Positions 58,486 to 64,000 of a DNA stretch of 64,000 bases are shown here, in pieces (the first letter of the stretch is position 1; every line of letters begins with the position of its first letter). Both the position numbers and the translations under genes were made by a program. Source of the stretch: Ignavibacteria bacterium (lineage in GTDB: Bacteria; Bacteroidota; Ignavibacteria; Ch128b); assembly GCA_013177855.1 (NCBI GenBank), contig JABLYA010000001.1:417231-481230 (forward strand), in the 5' to 3' direction. The notes under the pieces were generated by a model, which searched no databases, was not told the DNA's origin, and was given only the letters and a program-made list of their open reading frames with translations.

Positions 58486-59845
58486 CAAAAAATTTCGATA
58501 GCTGGAATACCAATCCAACGAGTATTCCAGCTATCATTGGTTCAAACTCAATTCTTGCTAAATTCATCTCTCTTGCCAAAAACATACTCAAAGAAACTAA
58601 GGTTACAAAAATCGATTGATAAATCGTTAGTTGCGAGTTTAATCTGAATTTTTCATAGTAAGAACCCACAACCGGAAAAAGTAATCCAGGAATAAATATC
58701 GATCCAATTGTATACCATAAATCAATAACTGACGGAATAAGTATCGCAAGTATTGATGATATTATTATTGTAAGTATTAAACCTAACCTAACGAGAAAAA
58801 CTTCGTTGTATTTCTTTCTTGAAAGTTTGTTTAAGATATCATTACCAAAAGTTTGAGCGCTAATAAAAGCATAACTATTTAGCGTTGAGATAATCGTTGC
58901 AAGTATCGCCGAGATGAATAAACCTTTGAAAGCTTCTGGTAAAATTTTATCAGCATACACAATGTATGCGTACACCGGATTTTCAAGATCTGGTAAAAAT
59001 GCTCTTGCAAAAAGTCCATTGCTTACAGTTAAAAAATCAAAAACAAACCAACAACAAACTGAAATTAATATTCCATAAAAAGCTACTTTTTCATTTTTTG
59101 CTGCATAACTTCGCTGGTGAAAACCTGGATCAACAAAAGTCCACAATCCAATAAAAAACCAGACAAGAAAATAACCAAACGAAATATTTTTGAGAGGTAC
59201 TAACAACTCAGAAGGAAGATTTTCACGAAGAAAATTAAATGAACCAAAATTTTTTAAACTAAAAAACAATAGTGCAGCAAAACCAGCGAACATTAAGATA
59301 AATTGATATACATCAGTGTAAATATCTGATCGATATCCTGCAAAGAATAAATAAATACTCGAGAGCAGCAACCCTAAAACAATACCAATCCACAATGGAA
59401 TATCAAAAAATATCTTAAATATCACGCCCGTCATCAAAGCATAAGGTGCAGGAGAAACAATCATCAAAATAAAAAAGGAAAGAATTATCGAAAGCTTTTT
59501 ATTGTAAATCTGTTCAATTCGCTCTGGGATTGTTGTAAGATTTGTATTTCTTATTTTTTTTGAAAACAAAAAAGCAAAAAGTATTGCAAAAACATAATAA
59601 GGCAAACCCTGAGTTAACCAGGAATTAATTCCATAACGATAAGTGAATTCCCCTACTCCTAAAATTCCGCCATACCAGGTTGCCACTGTAACCATTACAA
59701 AAAGCGGCAATGAAAGATTTCTTCCGGCTAATAAAAAATCAATTTTAGAATCAACAGATTTTTTTTTCGACCAAAAGCCTATTATAAGGAGAATAAGAGC
59801 ATAAAATAAAATTATTACTTTATCTAGAGCTGATAGATTAATCAT
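58469..59845 (-). CDS. Sodium:solute symporter family protein (candidate thiamine/precursor uptake)
   Basis: DFLLAGRNL...[45 protein letters not shown]; overlaps the thiN stop. Confidence 0.88.
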   Translation of the reverse strand: MINLSALDKVIILFYALILLIIGFWSKKKSVDSKIDFLLAGRNLSLPLFVMVTVATWYGGILGVGEFTYRYGINSWLTQGLPYYVFAILFAFLFSKKIRNTNLTTIPERIEQIYNKKLSIILSFFILMIVSPAPYALMTGVIFKIFFDIPLWIGIVLGLLLSSIYLFFAGYRSDIYTDVYQFILMFAGFAALLFFSLKNFGSFNFLRENLPSELLVPLKNISFGYFLVWFFIGLWTFVDPGFHQRSYAAKNEKVAFYGILISVCCWFVFDFLTVSNGLFARAFLPDLENPVYAYIVYADKILPEAFKGLFISAILATIISTLNSYAFISAQTFGNDILNKLSRKKYNEVFLVRLGLILTIIISSILAILIPSVIDLWYTIGSIFIPGLLFPVVGSYYEKFRLNSQLTIYQSIFVTLVSLSMFLAREMNLARIEFEPMIAGILVGLVFQLSKFFVKEEK

Positions 59846-60491
59846 ACTTAAGAAAATTTTTAGTTGAACGGATCAATACTGCAAATCCATTCTTAACGAT
59901 TAAACTAAAATTTTCTTTAGTTGCAACATTACTGGTACTTTCTCGCCTGCCAAACATTAAATGTTCATCATTTAACTTATATCGCAAATTCTCAGTAGTT
60001 ATTTTAACCTGTGGATCAAAACATAAAATGGAGATTAATTCACCTTTTTCAGACTTAAACGAACTCTTACCCGTCACAAATTGAAGAGTCGAGTTATTGT
60101 CAACCATTACGATTTGAAAATCACTCACAAACTTTAATGCATTAGAAATATTACTTAATGTATGATCAAATCTTTTCCCGCTAAATCCAACAACGAAAAT
60201 TTTATTGTAGTGAAGCCTTTTACAAAGTTTAAGTGCCTTTTCAAGGTCAGTATCGCTTTGTCGTGAAAGTTTAATGATTTTAACATTATTGTTTCTATAA
60301 AACTTTAAAATTTTTGTATTTACCGAATCCAGATCTCCAATAATAAATTTTGGTAATTCACCTATTTTATAAATTGAATTGGTTCCCCCATCAGCAGCTA
60401 TTAAATCTGCATTATATTTTGTTTTTATTTTTTGAAAGATCCCTTTTTGAATTGGTGACCCGTTACAATAAATAATCGCTGATTTCATCAT
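59838..60491 (-). CDS. thiN: Thiamine diphosphokinase
   Basis: IAADGG, IIGDLDS, QSDTDLEKAL, GKRFDHTLSN, TSNV. Confidence 0.92.
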   Translation of the reverse strand: MMKSAIIYCNGSPIQKGIFQKIKTKYNADLIAADGGTNSIYKIGELPKFIIGDLDSVNTKILKFYRNNNVKIIKLSRQSDTDLEKALKLCKRLHYNKIFVVGFSGKRFDHTLSNISNALKFVSDFQIVMVDNNSTLQFVTGKSSFKSEKGELISILCFDPQVKITTENLRYKLNDEHLMFGRRESTSNVATKENFSLIVKNGFAVLIRSTKNFLKYD

Positions 60492-60553
60492 AAAAATTTG
60501 AGAATATCTAATTATTGAATTGGAATAGAGAGCATTGAAGTAAAAAAATGGAT

Positions 60554-60630
60554 AAAAAACGAAGGGCTGTCTAATTTATTCAGAAAAGTTGATTGATATT
60601 CTGAATGTTGAAAAATAATTAGACAGCCCT
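60554..60630 (-). terminator. Long two-tier hairpin, probable terminator of the Hc1-like gene
   Basis: AGGGCTGTCTAATT (60563-60576) / AATTAGACAGCCCT (60617-60630) outer stem, inner ATTCAGAA/TTCTGAAT stem; T-tract follows on the minus strand. Confidence 0.65.
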
Positions 60631-60636
60631 AAAAAA

Positions 60637-60873
60637 TTAATTATTTTCTCCGCTTTCGGTTTGTTCAGTCGGAGTTTCACCGCCTGATTTTTGAGATTTT
60701 CTTTCCATTCTTACTTTTTGAATTTCATTTCTAAGCTCTTGAGCCATTCTTCTTAATTCCTGCAATGACTTTCGAAGTCTGGTTCCAGCTGCATTTTTAC
60801 CTTTAACAAAGAATTTTTCGTAGTCACCCTGCATTGTGTCTATAAAGTTTTTTAATTCGTCTAATTTATTCAT
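60637..60873 (-). CDS. Histone H1-like (Hc1-family) small basic protein
   Basis: KFFVKGKNAAGTRLRKSLQELRRMAQELR signature. Confidence 0.85.
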   Translation of the reverse strand: MNKLDELKNFIDTMQGDYEKFFVKGKNAAGTRLRKSLQELRRMAQELRNEIQKVRMERKSQKSGGETPTEQTESGENN

Positions 60874-60952
60874 TGAAACCTCCAGTTTTTAGTTTTTTTG
60901 GTTAACCTTTAGCACTAATATAAGCAATAAATTAAAGATAAATTCACTTAAA

Positions 60953-62065
60953 TCACCAATTTTTAATCTTTTTTAAACTTTTTTCGTGGAGTTTGATAAG
61001 AGTTTCCATCATTTCAGGAATTCTGCGATAAAGTCTTTTTGGTTCTCTTGGTTTTCTTTTAGCCAATGCATAAGAAGTTATGATTGGCATTGCGACAGTT
61101 GAATCGAGATAACAAACAACACTATCAGGCAATTTGTTTGGATCAACTTTTCCCCAGCTGACAGCTTCTGATGGAGTTGCACCCGAAAGCCCACCAGTGT
61201 CTGGTCTCGCATCTGTTACCTGTAGGAAATAGTCATGACCTTTTTCATCAATTGCAAGTACTTCCTGAATTTGAGGTTCAGTTTGCAGCATAAAATTCTT
61301 TGGCGAACCGCCGCCAAAAATCAGAACAGCACTTTTTCCGCCATTAATTTTAGCATTTAATACAATTGCCGCAGTTTCATTAACATCTCTGTTAACATCG
61401 AACTTAAATTTATTACCGTGCAGTGCCATTGCAGCCACATTCATTCCAATTGATGAGTCTCCTGGTGAAGAAGTATAAATAGGAACTTCATATAAATAAG
61501 CATTGGATAAAATTGAATGATGAGGAAGCCCTAATGCTTTTTCTCTTTCGTAAACAAATTTTCCGAGATGATAATGAAATTCTGCTGTGCTCATTTCTTT
61601 TTGAAATATTTCGCTTTTCAATACCTTCCGATAAAACGCATCTGTTGATAACAAAACTTTGTAATCGAACAAAATATCATAAATACGAACTACTCCTTTT
61701 TCTCTTAAATCTCTATCATCAACATTTGGAGTCCCCTTATGAAGCGAAAGCCCCAAACCAAAATGAGTATCATGATAGAGATTTGCACCAGTGCTTACAA
61801 TCCAATCAACAAATCCTGCTTTTATGAGCGGAACTACACAAGTCCCGCCGAGTCCTGCTGGTGTCAATGCACCGGTTAAACTCATTCCAATTGTTACATC
61901 AGGTTCGAGCATCTTTTCAGTAAATAATCTGCAAGCGTCGGAGAGCCTTCCAGCATTATAAGCCTGGAAATAATTATCAACTAATTCTACAACACCTACA
62001 TCAGGTTTAATTGGTTTTGTATTGATTTTTTTACCCGATAAATATTTTTTCTTTGACATAATCAC
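60953..62065 (-). CDS. Deoxyhypusine-synthase-like protein (probable homospermidine synthase)
   Basis: [44 protein letters not shown] (catalytic Lys). Confidence 0.9.
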   Translation of the reverse strand: MIMSKKKYLSGKKINTKPIKPDVGVVELVDNYFQAYNAGRLSDACRLFTEKMLEPDVTIGMSLTGALTPAGLGGTCVVPLIKAGFVDWIVSTGANLYHDTHFGLGLSLHKGTPNVDDRDLREKGVVRIYDILFDYKVLLSTDAFYRKVLKSEIFQKEMSTAEFHYHLGKFVYEREKALGLPHHSILSNAYLYEVPIYTSSPGDSSIGMNVAAMALHGNKFKFDVNRDVNETAAIVLNAKINGGKSAVLIFGGGSPKNFMLQTEPQIQEVLAIDEKGHDYFLQVTDARPDTGGLSGATPSEAVSWGKVDPNKLPDSVVCYLDSTVAMPIITSYALAKRKPREPKRLYRRIPEMMETLIKLHEKSLKKIKNW

Positions 62066-62088
62066 TCCATTTTATTTCAAATTTTGTT

Positions 62089-64000
62089 CTAAATTGATTC
62101 AGCAACTATTTCTGCAATATCTTTAACTTGAACATTATCAGCTGCAACTTTTGCTTTAACTCCATCAGTCATCATTGTCATACAGAAAGGACAAGCAGTT
62201 GCAATTGTGTCTACATTAAGCGAAAGAGCCTCTTCGGTTCTTTCGATGTTAATTCGTTTTCCTTCTTTCTCTTCTAAAAACATTCTACCGCCGCCAGCTC
62301 CACAACAGAAACCTTTATCAAATGAACGTTTCATCTCTTTTAATTCAATTCCATTGATTGATTTTAATGTTTCTCGTGGTGAATTATAGATTTCATTATA
62401 CCTGCCAAGATAACAGGAGTCATGATAAGTTAATGATTTCTTTTCATTTCCTTTCAATTGAATTTTACCATCTTTAAGCAATTGTTCAATTAACTCTGTG
62501 TGATGAATAACTTCATAATTTCCGCCAAATTGCGGATACTCATTTTTAAGTGAATGATAACAATGAGGACACGCTGTTAGAATTTTCTTAACGCCATATT
62601 TCTCAAGCGTTTGAATATTCTCTTTCATCAAAATCTGAGCAAGGTATTCATTACCCAATCTTCTTGCAGCATCGCCATTACACTTTTCTTCACTACCTAG
62701 AATTTTAAAATCAATCCCTGCTGATTTTAGAATTTTTACAATTGAGCGACTGACTTTTTTATATCTTTCGTCGAATGAGCCAGCGCAACCAACCCAGAAG
62801 AGTAATTCTGGTGAATTGTCTTCTGAAGCAATTTTCACATCTAAACCTTCAGCCCATTGTGCCCTGTCTGTGTAACTGAAAGCCCAGGGAGTGAAATTTG
62901 TTTCGAGATTTCTAAAAACAACATTTAATTCAGAAGGGAAATTTGCTTCGGTCAATACAAGTCCCCGTCGTAAATCTACGATCGTATCAATATGTTCAAT
63001 CATTACAGGACACTCAGTCACACAGGCGTTGCAAGTTGTACAAGCCCAAATTTCTTCATCCGTGATATAATTATGAATTAAAGTTTTTGTCTGAATATTC
63101 TGATCTTCAGGATAGAAAATCTTATCATGAAGTCTTTGCCGAACATCCATAATTATCTTTCGTGGTGATAGAGCTTTACCGGTGTAATTAGCAGGACATG
63201 CAGCAGTACACCTGCCGCATTCTGTACAGGTATATCCATCGAATAACTGTTTCCAGCTTAAATGTTCTACATCGAGAGCACCAAATGTTGTAAGCGATTC
63301 GTCCTCGAGATTAATTGGTTTAAGAGTATTTTTCTCAGGTTTAAGTTTAGCAAAGAAAACATTTGGAATCGAAGTTAATACATGGAGATGTTTTGAATAA
63401 GGAAGATAATTTAAGAAAATCAAAATTGTAACGATGTGTATCCACCAAAAGTATTCAAAATTGATATAACTTTTTTTGATTTCTAAGCTTTCTCTTAAAA
63501 AGTCACTAAAAAATCGAAAAGAATAAATGTCCCAATGAGGACTATGAATGTTTTGTCCAAACATTGAAACGATCACAATAGTAATTAGAGTCAGAATAAA
63601 GGCTGCATCAAGATTTCCATCTTTTTCGGAGTGAAGTCTTTTTATTTTAAAGACAAACCTTCTTAAAACTGCTATCAAAACACCGACCAAAACTAAAACA
63701 CCAAAAAGGTCTTGAGTAAACGTAATTAATGTGTAAATTCCTTTTAGAAAATTAAAAGAAAATGAAGGAACAAATCCCTGGATAATTGATTCGATTACAA
63801 CAATTAGCAAAACACAAAATCCCCAGAAAATAAAAGCATGCATCAAACCTGCTACAGGCTCTCTTAATAATTTCGACTGACCAAGTGCAACGACAAATAC
63901 ATTTTTAAGTCTTTCCAAAATTCTATCAAAACGATTTTCTGGTTTACCAAGCAATAAACTTTTGTAAAGTTTTCTTACACTATGAATAAAAATACCAAAG
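62089..64000 (-). CDS. Membrane-bound Fe-S oxidoreductase, FadF/HdrD-like (partial; 5' end outside the window)
   Basis: TM region with YLPYSKHLH; CTECGRC...CP and CTTCNAC...CP 4Fe-4S motifs; CCG domains (YHDSCYLGR, CCGAGGG); frame stays open to the window end. Confidence 0.9.
   Translation of the reverse strand, partial: FGIFIHSVRKLYKSLLLGKPENRFDRILERLKNVFVVALGQSKLLREPVAGLMHAFIFWGFCVLLIVVIESIIQGFVPSFSFNFLKGIYTLITFTQDLFGVLVLVGVLIAVLRRFVFKIKRLHSEKDGNLDAAFILTLITIVIVSMFGQNIHSPHWDIYSFRFFSDFLRESLEIKKSYINFEYFWWIHIVTILIFLNYLPYSKHLHVLTSIPNVFFAKLKPEKNTLKPINLEDESLTTFGALDVEHLSWKQLFDGYTCTECGRCTAACPANYTGKALSPRKIIMDVRQRLHDKIFYPEDQNIQTKTLIHNYITDEEIWACTTCNACVTECPVMIEHIDTIVDLRRGLVLTEANFPSELNVVFRNLETNFTPWAFSYTDRAQWAEGLDVKIASEDNSPELLFWVGCAGSFDERYKKVSRSIVKILKSAGIDFKILGSEEKCNGDAARRLGNEYLAQILMKENIQTLEKYGVKKILTACPHCYHSLKNEYPQFGGNYEVIHHTELIEQLLKDGKIQLKGNEKKSLTYHDSCYLGRYNEIYNSPRETLKSINGIELKEMKRSFDKGFCCGAGGGRMFLEEKEGKRINIERTEEALSLNVDTIATACPFCMTMMTDGVKAKVAADNVQVKDIAEIVAESI

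Overview
AT-rich bacterial chromosome segment, most consistent with Ignavibacteria (FCB group). This rests on T9SS-type C-terminal sorting domains beginning 'QNFPNPFN', an Hc1-like histone, TAnnTTTG promoter elements and genuine GGAG(G) Shine-Dalgarno sites. I saw no rRNA, tRNA, CRISPR array, transposase or prophage. Housekeeping genes are pfkA (partial), pcrA/uvrD, pdxJ, dxs, xseAB, pyrR-pyrB-pyrC, smpB, tyrS and thiN. The most striking region is an 18.5 kb, 12-gene envelope operon (21696->3166, minus strand). It encodes an ExbB/ExbD motor whose only TonB-like partner carries a DUF4159 domain instead of a TonB C-terminal domain. It also encodes a second DUF4159 lipoprotein, a 1050-aa TPR protein, an uncharacterised ~990-aa outer-membrane protein with Ca-binding loops, a PorV/PorP-like barrel, and three T9SS-type cargo proteins including a GHL10 hydrolase. 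It has no SusC/SusD or TonB-dependent receptor, so it is a candidate undescribed energised secretion or scavenging machine. Other highlights: (1) a PyrR-binding hairpin that hides the SD of an unannotated 17-aa leader ORF running into the pyr terminator; (2) a bacterial MFSD1-like transporter and an orphan PqqD inside a peptide-utilisation cluster; (3) two candidate Pro-Pro arrest leader proteins upstream of cusA and a TonB-dependent receptor; (4) a Fur-like box over the promoter of a porin + cytochrome c pair; (5) a homopolymer frameshift in a Gfo/Idh/MocA gene; (6) an unexplained structured intergenic element. All family calls are by eye from motifs; no database searches were run.
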